A stretch of 64,000 bases of DNA from Octopus sinensis. Taxonomy: Eukaryota. Made by a program: the position numbers and the translations under genes. This document shows, one piece after another, positions 25,579 to 37,779 of this stretch. The notes beneath the pieces were generated by a model, which did not search any database, was not told the DNA's origin, and was given only the letters and a program-made list of their open reading frames with translations. Within the stretch, counting starts at the first letter, position 1; every line of letters begins with the position of its first letter. Location: contig NC_042998.1 in NCBI RefSeq assembly GCF_006345805.1, positions 121,210,001 to 121,274,000 on the forward strand. The letters run 5' to 3'.

Positions 25579-25656
25579 AGAAAATACACACACACACACA
25601 CATATATATACATATATACACATTACATACATAAATATATATATATATACACACAC

Positions 25657-25692
<36 letters not shown>

Positions 25693-25799
25693 AAATATAT
25701 ATATAGGCTACCGAGTTATTGTCACATATTACATTTACAGATATATATACACACACACACAAACACACACACACACCACACACACACACACACACACAC

Positions 25800-25861
<62 letters not shown>

Positions 25862-26238
25862 ATATAAAGCTGAGAATGTGTGTTTGTCTGTCTGTGTGAA
25901 TCCCTAAAACTTGAGAACTACACAACCAATTTCATTCAAATTTTACACATGGAGTGTCATGGGCAAAAAATATTTTTTACTTCTTGCCTAGGGTGAGCCC
26001 ATAGCAATATCATATCTTCTCCACTATGAATCCCTAAAACTTGAAAACTACACAAACAATTTCATTCAAATTTTACTCTTGCCTTACTTAGGGTCCATGT
26101 AGTGTCATGGGCAAAAAAAATGTTTAACTTCTTGCCTAGGGCGAGCCCACAGCAATATCACATCTTCTCCACTATTTCAGTGTTACGTGTTAAAAGTGAA
26201 ACAAAAACATCTCTCTATTGTATGTATATGTATGTATG

Positions 26239-26289
<51 letters not shown>

Positions 26290-26301
26290 GTATATATATG
26301 G

Positions 26302-26353
<52 letters not shown>

Positions 26354-26372
26354 CACACATGTATATATATGG

Positions 26373-26426
<54 letters not shown>

Positions 26427-26947
26427 GTATATATATATAGATGTATATGTATACATGTATATGTATACATGTATGTCTAGATGTATACATATATAGATGT
26501 ACATGTAATATGTACACATATACATGCATACATATATACACCCATACACCCCCACACATACATAAGTGCACGTGTGGCTGTGTGGTAACAAACTTGGTTC
26601 CAAAACACATGGTCCTCAGTTCAGTCCCACTGTGTGGTAACTTGGCATGTGTCTACTATAGCCTCAGACCAACCAAAGCCTTGTCAGTGGATTTTGTAGT
26701 AAGAAACTGAAAGAAATCAATTGTATGTATATGTATGTATATATGTAAGTCTATGTGTGTGTCTTTGTGTTTCTCCCTCATCACTGCTTCACAACTGGTG
26801 TTTGTTTATTTACATCCCCATAACTTACTGGTTTCACAAGAAGAAACTTATCAAAATATAAAAAAGTACCAGGCTTATCAAAATATGAGAAAGCACAGTG
26901 TCTCATATTTTTGTTTGCCCACTCAGTTGTATCTATCAATTTATCTT

Positions 26948-26982
<35 letters not shown>

Positions 26983-28818
26983 GGATTTCGTAGACAGGAA
27001 CTGAAACAAATCAATCGTATATATATGTATATATATATGTAAGTGTATGTGTTTTGGTATTGGCAACATGAATGACAATGGTCAGAGACTACTTGAATTT
27101 TGCACATACCATAACCTGTGCATCACCAACACATTCTTTGCCAACAAGACATCCCACAAGGCATCTTGAAGACATACAAGATCTCACCACTGGCATCAGC
27201 TGGATCTCATCATTACACGAAGATCCTTTCTGAATTCTGTTTAACTGACCCGTAGTTACCACAGCACAGATTGTGACACAGATCATTCACTAATAAGAAG
27301 CAGGGTAAGGATTCTGCCTAACAAAGTCCATCACTCCAAGAAAATGTTCCAACCACGCATTAACACTGACAGAACCTCGGACCCTACACTGTGAAAATGT
27401 TTTGCTGTTTCTGTCAAGGTTGCCCTCAGTAGCTGCCCAACCTCCTCTGATAAAAGTAGGTGGAATTATATCAGGGAAGCTTTGTATACCATATCAATTG
27501 ATACTTTTGGCATGAGAGAAAGGCAAAAGCTAGATTGGTTCAGTGCTGGGCTCTCAGAGCTGGAAACAGTTATCAAAGCAAAGCGTGCAGCTCTGATGCA
27601 ATACAAGAGTGATTCTTCTACAAAGTCACTCAAAGAACTCAGAAAGGCAAGAAATAAACCCAACTGACTGCCAGACGCTGTGCAAATAGGTATTGGCAGG
27701 AAATCAGTCAGAGTATCCAGTCAGCTGCTGACAGTGGTGACACCCGTGGGATGTATGACGGTTTGAAGAAGGCCCTCGGTCCATCCGTAACCAAGTCAGC
27801 CCCTCTGAAATCAACTACTGGAGATCTCATCAAGGACCAAAGCAAGCAAATGGATAGATGGGTGGAGTACTACCAGGATCTCTACTCATGGGAGACCACA
27901 GTAGCTGAGGCTGCAATCGAGGGTGTCAAGATCTTGCTAGTCATGTGTGAACTTGACAGTCTGCCATCTATAGCAGAGCTCACCAAGGCTATTGACTCCC
28001 TAGCAAGTAACAAGGCTCCGGGGAAAGACGGCATCCTCTTAGAGATCATCAAAACCAGCAAAAACACCATCCTGATTCGGCACCTTCATGAGCTTCTCTG
28101 TCAGTGCTGGGAAGAGGGTACAGTCCCTCAGGATATGTGGGATGCTAACATCATTACGCTTTACAAAAACAAAGGTGACTGTGGTGATTGTAACAATTAC
28201 CGTGGAGTATCTTTTCTAAGGCCTTTGCTCGCGTAATCCTGTCCAGGTTACAACTGCTAGCTTCTCGAATTTATCCAGAATCACAGTGTGGCTTTAGAAG
28301 ACGCAGATCAACTATTGACATGATATTCTCCATACGCCAACTTCAGGAGAAGTCCAGAGAGTAGAAAATGCCATTATATATGGCCTTCATTGATTGGACA
28401 AAGGCCTTTGACTTGGTAAGTAGAAAAGGCCTCTTCATCCTGCTCCAAAAAATCAGATGTCCACCAAAGCTGCTGAGGATCATCAAATCTTTCCATGATG
28501 ATATGCAAGGCACCATACATCACAATGGTTCAACATCAGCCGCCTTCCAAATAAAAAACAGGGTAAAGCAAGGTTGTGTCCTTGCTCCTACATTATTTGG
28601 CATCTTCTTCATGCTGCTGCTGTCACATGCCTTTGAGACATCAGATGATGGAGTGTTTCTGCATCCACATAACTTACTGGTTTCACAAGAACAAACTAAT
28701 AGAATAAGTACCAGGCTTATCAACATAAAAAAACGCACTAGGCTGTGTCTCATATTTTTGTTTGCCCACTCAGTTGTATCTATCAATTTATCTTTGTATG
28801 TGTTTGTGTGTTTATATA

Positions 28819-28850
<32 letters not shown>

Positions 28851-30129
28851 ACACCCTAATGGGAGCCTTAACTCCCAAATTTTAGTCATTTCTTTTATGA
28901 TCCAAAACTAGGTCAAAAGTACTGAATGGATCTTTATGAAATTTGGAAATTATATTCTATGCATAAGGGCCATAACCCCCATGACAATTCATATATTTTT
29001 GCTGTTGATGAAATTTTTACAATAGATATTGGACACAAATGAAGTAATATTTATAAAATTTCGTCTTCTTACAAGTTAGAAAGACCCCTCCATGGGGACT
29101 TAACACCCACAATTTTGTCATTTTATCTAAGCAAAAACGAATACAGTTGTACTCTTGCAAGCTGTAGGGTCACCCAAGCATAAAAGTTGAGCATTATTTC
29201 TAATTCAATGGTACAACAGTGTAACAGTTTGCTTTGACATACACTTACATTGTGATTTCTGCAATGTGGTGCATAAATTGTCAAGTAAATGAGAGGCATC
29301 TTTGCCTCCTGATTCAGTTGCAAAGTGTTGAGTAAAGTTATTTGATTGCAGACCTCCTTTCAGTCTTTTTATTATCACTCGGTCACACAGTCCCCAGATG
29401 GTAACATTGATTTCAAGGCCTTCCCAGATGAGTGACTGGTTATTCAAAGACATTTATAGATTGTAAATTTATTCTGTCCAGTTACGTATCAGTATAGTGG
29501 TCATTTGCAAACTCCAGAGGTGACACTTTCATTTCTCCTTAGCCCTCATGCCACACAATTGTTAATGTTTCATTCAGTTGGGTCACGCCCTTCCAATTGC
29601 TATAGATTTGTAATGCATCTTGATGGTGAGGAATACTACATTGGGGGTGGTAACGACTAGGGTAGGGTAACTGACTGCTTATTGTGATCATTCGTCTTTT
29701 GGTTTCCTGTAGCTTTGCTCTCTTTTACAAACCCAGTGAACATATATTTCCTATTTCAAAGAAATTCAAACAATAGATATTGTTAAAAAGATTCTCAACA
29801 ATTCAATTTCTCTAGTTGACATTAGGATGCCCACCCCCAACAAGGGCCTTAACTCTCACATTTTAGAGCTCCATGACCTTCATTTTTCAGGAGCAAAATC
29901 TTTTTAACAGGTTCAGTAAGACTGGAATTTTGGAATATGCGCATAAAAATCAGTAGTATATGTCACACTATTACAATTTTTGGGGTGTGTGTAAAGAGGG
30001 AAATAACCCTCATCTGCAATTTTGATGAAATTTGAAACATAGATATTCCAGTTCATTAGAGAAAATATAACAGAAAAGTAGAATTCTTCAATTGTATGTA
30101 ACACGGGCAACGCTGGGTATCTCTGCTAG
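25862..30129 (+). mobile_element. Non-autonomous Helitron-like element, with a SINE and an RTE fragment nested between its apparent ends
   Basis: 5' atataaagctgagaatgtgtg..aaccaatttcattcaaatttt; 3' GC-rich cgggcaacgctgggtat followed by CTAG at 30126-30129. That the two ends belong to one copy is an inference. Confidence 0.55.
27060..28665 (+). mobile_element. Internal fragment of an RTE-clade LINE (APE C-terminus to RT motif B), pseudogenised
   Basis: HWHQLDLII..CDTDHSL, KAPGKDGI..WDANIITLYKNKGD..NYRGVS, ESQCGFR..RSTIDMIF, AFIDWTKAFDLV..VKQGCVLAPTLFGIFF; several stops and frameshifts. Confidence 0.9.
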
Positions 30130-30414
30130 CATATATATATATATATATATCATTATAACATTACATTAATAATCCAAACATGGCCAGTGCCAGTGCTGCC
30201 TGACTGGCTCCTGTGCTGGTGGCACGTAAAAAGCATCCACTACACTCTCGAAGTGGTTGGTGTTTGGAAGGGCATCGAGCTGTAGAAACATTGCCAGACA
30301 AAATTGGAGCCTGGTGTGGCCTTCTGGCTTGCCAGTCCCGAGTCAGACCATCCAACCCATGCCAGGATGGAAAACGGACATTAAACAATGATGATGATAT
30401 GTGTGTGTGTGTGT

Positions 30415-31425
30415 GTATCATCATCATCATCATCATCGTTTAACGTCCGCTTTCCATGCTAGCATGGGTTGGATGGTTCAACTGGGGTCTGGGAAGCCAG
30501 AAGGCTGCACCAGGCCCAGTTTGATCTGGCAGTGTTTCTACAGCTTGATGCCCTTCCTAACGCCAACCACTCCATGAGTGTAGTGGGTACTTTTTACATG
30601 CCACCGACACAGGTGCCAGACGAGGCTGGCAAACGGCCACGCTCGGATGGCGCTTTTTACGTACCACTGGCACGGAGGCCAGTCAAGGCGGAGCTGGCTA
30701 CGGCCACATTCGGATGGTTCTCTTACATGCCACCGGCAGTGGTATCACAACTATAAATTCCATTGATGTTGATCGATTTCGATTTTGATTTTCACTTGCC
30801 TCAACAGGTCTTCACAAGTAGAGTGTTGTGTCCCAAGAAGGAAAGGTATGCATAGGTGGAGAGGCCACGGGTTATGGCCTCACTTGTCCTGCCAGGTCTT
30901 CTCACGCACAGCATACTTCCAAAGGTCTCGGTCTCTGGTCATTTCCTTGGTGAGACCTAAAGATTGAAGGTCGTGCTTCACCACCTCGTCCCGTGGCACA
31001 TTTTCACACAACTATCTTCATCCATTCTCACCACATGACCATACCAGTGTAGACGTCTCTCTTGCGCACCACAACTGATGCTTCTTAGGTCCAACTTTTC
31101 TCTCAAGGTACTTACACTCTGTCGGGTATGAACACTGACATTACACATCCATCGGACATACTGGCTTCATTCCTTGTGAGCTTACGCATATCCTCAGCAG
31201 TCACGGCCCATGTTTCACTGCCATGTAGCATGACTGTTTGTACACATTCGTCATACAGTTAGCCTTTTACTCTGAGCGAGAGGCCTTTTGTCACCAGCAG
31301 AGGTAAGAGCTCTCTGAACTTTGCCCAGGCTATTCTTACTCTAGCAGTTACACTTTCAGCACACCCGCACCCGCTACTGACTTGGTCACCTAGGTAATGG
31401 AAGCTATCAACTATTTCTAGTTTTT
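30415..31425 (-). mobile_element. RTE LINE 3' portion with (GAT)n tail; opposite-orientation 3' UTR copy at 30170-30397
   Basis: Very similar to 33935-34805 (VDSF.YLGDQV..AWAKFRELLPLL..LHGSETW); atcatcatcgtttaacgtcc terminus. Confidence 0.9.
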
Positions 31426-31510
31426 ATTTATATATATATATATACATACATACATACATATAAATATATATATATATGTGTGTGTATATATGTATGCATG
31501 TGTGTGTGTA

Positions 31511-32069
31511 TCTCTATATCTATAAACAGCAAAATGTCTGTGTGTCCTTTATACAAATCTACAGTTTTTCACATAAAAGGCTTGCATTTTTTATGGGCTT
31601 TCAAAATGTCTGAGGGTGATCATGAAGATCTTTTCATTTTCCCAGTCACCCCAGAAAGCAACTAAAAAAAATATCGAGAAACCTACCCCTTATGCCCATT
31701 AGTCATGGGCATATCCATTCAAAATTGCTAAAACATAGAAATTTGTACACGTTGTTTGTGTACAACTAGATACGCGAATAGACTGCCAGCTGTTTTTTGA
31801 TTGGATGGAAATAATCTTACCCCTGACAGTTGAATGCGCGTGCTCATTTGCAGACAATCTGTATGACTCAGTGCATTTTTGTGTTTAATGAAGACGTGTT
31901 ATCATGTGTTTTGGCTTTCAAATGTGCACAGTTTTTTGATTTGAGAAATGCAGGGAATAATTAACGAGTTAGACCAAGTGAATGACAAGAGAGCGGGATT
32001 TTCATGAAAGACCAAATATGCCTGACAAGCACCAGCACTAGACTCCGCAATGCCGGGTCATAATGGTAG
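31511..32069 (+). mobile_element. Short Helitron-like element
   Basis: 5' tctatatctataaacagcaaaatgtctg; 3' hairpin-like gactccgcaatgccgggtc followed by GTAG (CTAG variant). Confidence 0.5.
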
Positions 32070-32076
32070 TATATAT

Positions 32077-32149
<73 letters not shown>

Positions 32150-32178
32150 GTATATATATGTATGTATGTATATATATG

Positions 32179-32245
<67 letters not shown>

Positions 32246-32459
32246 GTATATATGTATGTATATATATGTGTATGTATGTATGTATGTATGTATGTATATA
32301 TGTATGTATATATGTATATATATGTATGTATGTATGTATATATGTATGTATATATATATGTGTATATATGTATGTATATATGTATGTATATATATATATG
32401 TATGTATGTATGTATAAATATATATATATATATATATATGTGTATATATATATGTGTGT

Positions 32460-32532
<73 letters not shown>

Positions 32533-32850
32533 AAATATATGTATGTATATGTATATATGTGTGTGTAAATATATGTATGTATATGTATATATGTGTGTGT
32601 AAATATATGTATGTATATGTATATATGTGTGTGTAAATATATGTATGTATATGTATATATGTGTGTGTAAATATATGTATGTGTATGTATATATGTGTGT
32701 GTATATATATATGTATGTATATATATGTGTGTATATATATGTGTGTATATATATGTGTATATATTTATGTATATATATATGTGTGTGTGTGTGTATATAT
32801 GTGTATGTATATATGTGTATGTATATATATGTATTTATATATGTATGTAT
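32070..32850. repeat. Compound (TA)/(TATG)/(TG) microsatellite
   Basis: Read directly. Confidence 0.95.
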
Positions 32851-32917
32851 ATCATCATCATCATCATCGTTTAACGTCCGTTTTCCGCGCTAGCATGGGT
32901 TATATATATATATATAT

Positions 32918-33195
32918 GTGGAGGCGCAATGGACCAGTGGTTAGGGCAGCGGTTCGTGGTTGTAGGATCACGGTTTCGATTCCCAGACCGGGTGTTGTGA
33001 GTGTTTATTGAGCGAAAACACCTAAAGCTCCATGAGGCTCCGGCAGGGGGTGGTGGCAATCCCTGCTGTACTCTTTCGCCACAACTTTCTGCTCGTTTAG
33101 CCGGCGGGATGGCGTCATTTGAAGGCTAAAACAATGCGAAGCGCATTGTGACCAGCGATGTGTAGCAACATCTGATAATCTGGTCGGTCACGGTG
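32918..33195 (+). mobile_element. Young tRNA-derived SINE (family D)
   Basis: A box tggaccagtgg and B box ggtttcgattccc, then a non-tRNA body; CpGs retained; inserted in a (TA)n tract. Confidence 0.75.
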
Positions 33196-33219
33196 ATATA
33201 TATATGTATAGATATATAT

Positions 33220-35090
33220 GTCATCATCATCATCATCATCGTTTGACGTCCGTTCTCCATGCTAGCAGGGGTTGGATGGTTCGACCGGGGATCTGGGAAG
33301 CCAGAAGGCTGCACCAGGCTCCAGTCTGATCTGGCAGTGTTTCTACAGCTGGATGCCCTTCCTAACGCCAACCACTCTGTGAGTGTGGTGGGTGCTTTTT
33401 ACGTTCCACCGGCTCAGGGATCACAACTGCAGTTTCCATTGATTTTGATGTCGGTGTACTTGACTCAATGGATCTCCTCAAGCACAGGGTCGAAATGGTG
33501 TTTCTTCACTTGCCACCTGCACTATATGTATAGATATTTTTGTTTCTTTGAAATCATGACCTGTTCACTGACAAAATTACATGCTGCATCTCAGAATTAT
33601 GTGAGTGAACAGGTCGTATATGTTCAACTCACATGTCAAGTTTCATCAAAATCGATAAAACGATGTAGGAGGAATTAGCTAACAACTCCACAGACACATC
33701 TAAGGGATAGTATACATCCAAATGCTTAGTGTTCTAAGGCAATAGTACAATTGAATAATAGGTATGTGTGGAAGTAAACAAAAGTTTAACCAGAATTTAT
33801 AAGGCAAGGAAGAAAATGGAAGAGATATTTAATTCTCAAACAACAGCTAGATTTATTTATTAATTACAATCATATGAATAAGTAAATAAATAAATAAGGA
33901 TAAATAGGTGAATATATTCATTCATTTATCCGGAAGGTTCTCTTACATGCCACCGGCACTGGTAACACATCTGCAACTTCCATTGATCGATTTCGATTCT
34001 GATCCTCACTTGCCTCAACGGGTCTTCACAAGTAGAGTTTCGACATGCCACCGGCACTGGTAACACATCTGCAATTTCCATTGATCGATTTCGATTCTGA
34101 TCCTCACTTGCCTCAACAGGTCTTCACAAGTAGAGTTTTGTGTCCCAAGAAGGGAAGGTATGCATACGTAGGCTGGCTCCATCCCATGTAGAAGGCCACG
34201 GGTTGTGGACTCACTTGTCCTGCCAGGTCTTCTCATGCACAGCACACTTCCAGAGGACTCGGTCTCTAGTCATTTCCTCAGTGAGACCTAAAGTTCGAAG
34301 GTCGTGCTTCACCACCTCATCCCAGGTTTTCCTGGGTCTGCCTCTTCCACAGGTTCCCTCAACCGCTAGGGTGTGGCACTTTTTCACACAACTATCTTCA
34401 TCCATTCTCGCCACATGACCATACCAGCGCAAACATCTCTCTTGCACACCACAACTGATGCTTCTTAGGTCCAGCTTTTCTCTCAAGGTACTTACACTCT
34501 GCCGAGTATGAGTACTGATATTACACATCCATCGGAGCATACTGGCTTCATTTCTTGCGAGCTTACGCATATCCTCAGCAGTCACGGCCCATGTTTCACT
34601 GCCATGTAGCATGGCTGTTTGTACACACGCATCATACAGTCTGCCTTTCACTCTGTGCGAGAGGCCATTTGTCACCAGCAGAGGTAAGAGCTCTCTGAAC
34701 TTTGCCCAAGCTATTCTTACTCTAGCAGTTACACTTTCAGCACACCCGTCCCCGCTGCTGACTTGATCACCTAGGTAACGGAAACTATCAACTATTTCTA
34801 GTTTTTCTCCCTGGAAAGTGACGGAAGTTGGTCTCGGAGCATTTTCAGTGTTTATTGTTCCTGAGCATCTGCCACATACAAAAACCATCTTCCTAGTTAG
34901 CCTTCCTTTGACATTGCTGCACCTCTTATGTGTCCATAGCTTACACTTGGTGCATCTTATAGAGTTTCTACCTACACCTTTTCTACAGATCGAGCAGGGC
35001 CATCTACCTGAAGGTGTTTGTGATTTGTCTACCTTCCTACTGATTACGACTTTGGTTTTAGCTAGATTGACTTTGAGGCCCTTCGATTCG

Positions 35091-35095
<5 letters not shown>
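33220..35095 (-). mobile_element. Young 5'-truncated RTE LINE (RT end, PHD-like finger, thumb, 3' UTR); 3' UTR interrupted at about 33500-33935
   Basis: Open frame about 35090->34211: SKGLKVNLAKTK..CSICRKG..CTKCKLWTHKRC..CGRC..VDSFRYLGDQV..RWYGHVARM..GRGRPRKTW. A tandem duplication of about 98 bp lies at 33945-34140. Confidence 0.9.
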
Positions 35096-35150
<55 letters not shown>

Positions 35151-35557
35151 TAGGCTTATATATACTTAATTATAACCAGGGGTCAGCTAAGTGCCTCGCC
35201 ACATACTGAATTAGAAATAGACGCTAATGTCTTTTCAACTATCATAAAAATCTTCGAGACAATAACACAATTTTTTATGTCGGCAAAAAGAAAAATGGTG
35301 CATCCACACAACTTCAGTTAATCACAGATGTGTTTTGAATTTAAAGTAAATCAGATATACCTCTTCTTCTCCTCAGTGTGATTCTCCGAGTTATAAATTT
35401 GCGAGTGTTAGGATTAAATATGTACGTGATCAAGCGTCATCGCATAACTGATATTCAACAGCACTCCCAAAAATATACAGCCAAATGTGATACATATTTA
35501 TCCTTTATGCACATGTGGGTATAAAGGATAAATATCAGAAACTGCAATATATATATA

Positions 35558-36903
35558 CTAGACTAGACTACCCGTGACCCATTGGGTCACCAGGAAACTA
35601 AGTTTCCCAGCAACGGAGTTTTGTTGTGTGGGTTTTTTTCGTTTCCAGGTTATTCTGTATGCTTTCAATAAATGTGCCATCGAAATCATGCATAAATGGC
35701 TCTTTTCCTCCAGGAAAGGAAAGATTTGGCTGCTGTTTCCTTGCATGCTCTGCTACCACATAACAGGTATGTTGGATTCTCTATCATAAATAGCTGTTAT
35801 ATAATAGCAGGGATTGCTAGAAATAGCAGCCAAATCTTTGGAGGTGAGATAACGTTGAATGCACTTGAAAAGAAACATAGGGAAAAAACTATTTCACAAT
35901 GAGGTTATGAAATTCATGATATATATGTGTTTATGTATGTATGTATGTATGTATGTATGTATGTATGTATGTATGTATGTATGTATGTATGTATGTTGTA
36001 TGTATGTATGTATGTATGTATGTTGTATGTATGTATGTATGTATGTATGTATGTATGTATGTATTATGTATGTATGTATGTGGTATGTATGTATGTATGT
36101 ATGTATGTATGTATGTATGTATGTATGTATGTATGTATGTATGTATGTATGTATGTATGTATGTATGTATGTATGTATGTATGTATGTATGTATGTATGT
36201 ATGTATGTATGTATGTATGTATGTATGTATGTATGATGTATGTATGTATGTATGTATGTATGTATGTATGTATGTATGTATGTATGTATGTATGTATGTA
36301 TGTATGTATGTATGTATTATGTATGTATGTATGTATGTATGTTTGTATGTATGTATGTATGTATGTATGTATGTAGTATGTATGTATGTATGTATGTATG
36401 TTGTATGTATGTATGTATGTATGTATGTATGTATGTATGTATGTATGTATGTATGTATGTATGTATGTATGTATGTATGTATGTATGCATGTGTGTATGC
36501 AGATGTGTACATGCATGCATGTGTGTATGTATGTGTGTAGATGTCTGTGTGTGTGTATATTTGTATGTATATGTAAATGTATGTTATGTACTGATATGTG
36601 TGACTGTTCAAGTTGTATGTATGATTGTTACTCTGTCTAAGGTTAGAGTTTCTTACCTTTGAGGATGAAGTTAAATTCAGAACATTTTCACATTATACAC
36701 CGTTTTGGGTATTTATACTCCAAATCCCAAATATCTCAGTAACTATTGTTCCAATTTACATGAAACTTGTTTCACTCCATTCCTATTAACATTTCAGGGT
36801 AAGCTTAATTCATAGTATTTTCCCATTATGCACCAGTTTGCCTGGGTAACATTGCAAGCAAGCAAGCAAGCAAGATTGAAACTGACTTTTAATGTATTAT
36901 AGA
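35558..36903 (-). mobile_element. Helitron-like element enclosing a (TATG)n array
   Basis: CTAG at 35558-35566 next to hairpin gtgaccca-t-tgggtcac (35574-35590); opposite end ..ttttaatgtattataga. Linking the two ends is an inference. Confidence 0.55.
35930..36490. repeat. (TATG)n microsatellite, about 140 units
   Basis: Read directly. Confidence 0.97.
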
Positions 36904-37779
36904 TATATACACATGTATATCTTTTTATCATACTTTTCTCTAAAATAATTCTTTCTTGTTTGCTCTACCTTTTAAAATGACTTCATGTCTGTGGTTGCTT
37001 TTGTAAACTGTAAACATATTTAATTCAAATGACTTCCAAATTTGCAATCTCTCCCTCTAAAATAATAATCTCTTCTCTTGTTTATTGACTACACATATAT
37101 ACATATTTCGTACCATTCGCTAAAACAATTTCTTTCCTGTTTGTATATCTCTTATTTCTTGTTGGAATGGCTACTCCCTGCTATTCCTCTTTCAGCTTAG
37201 GGCAAAGTCTGCTATCTTCATCCATTTCCGGCTGTTGCCTCCACACCTGTTCCCCTCCCCTCAGACTTTTGTTAATCTATTCCATGTGTTTGGCCGTTTG
37301 ATGACACTTGAAAATCAGCTAAGCTAAGAATTTCTCATTTTTAATCGCCTCATTCATTCAAACTCATCTATTCTCTAATTCTTTCTTCTTTGTTCTGTCC
37401 CTACAATGACTAACTTTGTTTCTTCGCTACATATATATACATCTTTTGTACTTTTCTCTAAAATAATTCTTTCTTGTTTGCTCTACCCCTTAAAATGACT
37501 TTTCGTGTCCATGGTGGGCCACCCTTTCCCACCCCCACCACCAATACTGGAAATCTCTTTCTCTTACCGGACATCCAGTTGTCCATCCCTTCTCTCCTCT
37601 TATATTGGTAATCTTGCAGTTCTCTCCTTTCTCTCCCCACCATCTCTGGACTAACTAAACCAGATAGAAGCCCTCTTACATTCTCTTTTTCTTCTTTCTA
37701 CATTTATATCTGCAGCATCAGTAGAACCTTTTTTTCAGGTGCTGAATAACATCTCTCCATCCTGTGTTACCTCCCATAT

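Noticed and set aside
32918-32992. tRNA-like sequence with A and B boxes
   Set aside because: No convincing cloverleaf, and it continues into a SINE body; called a SINE head rather than a tRNA.
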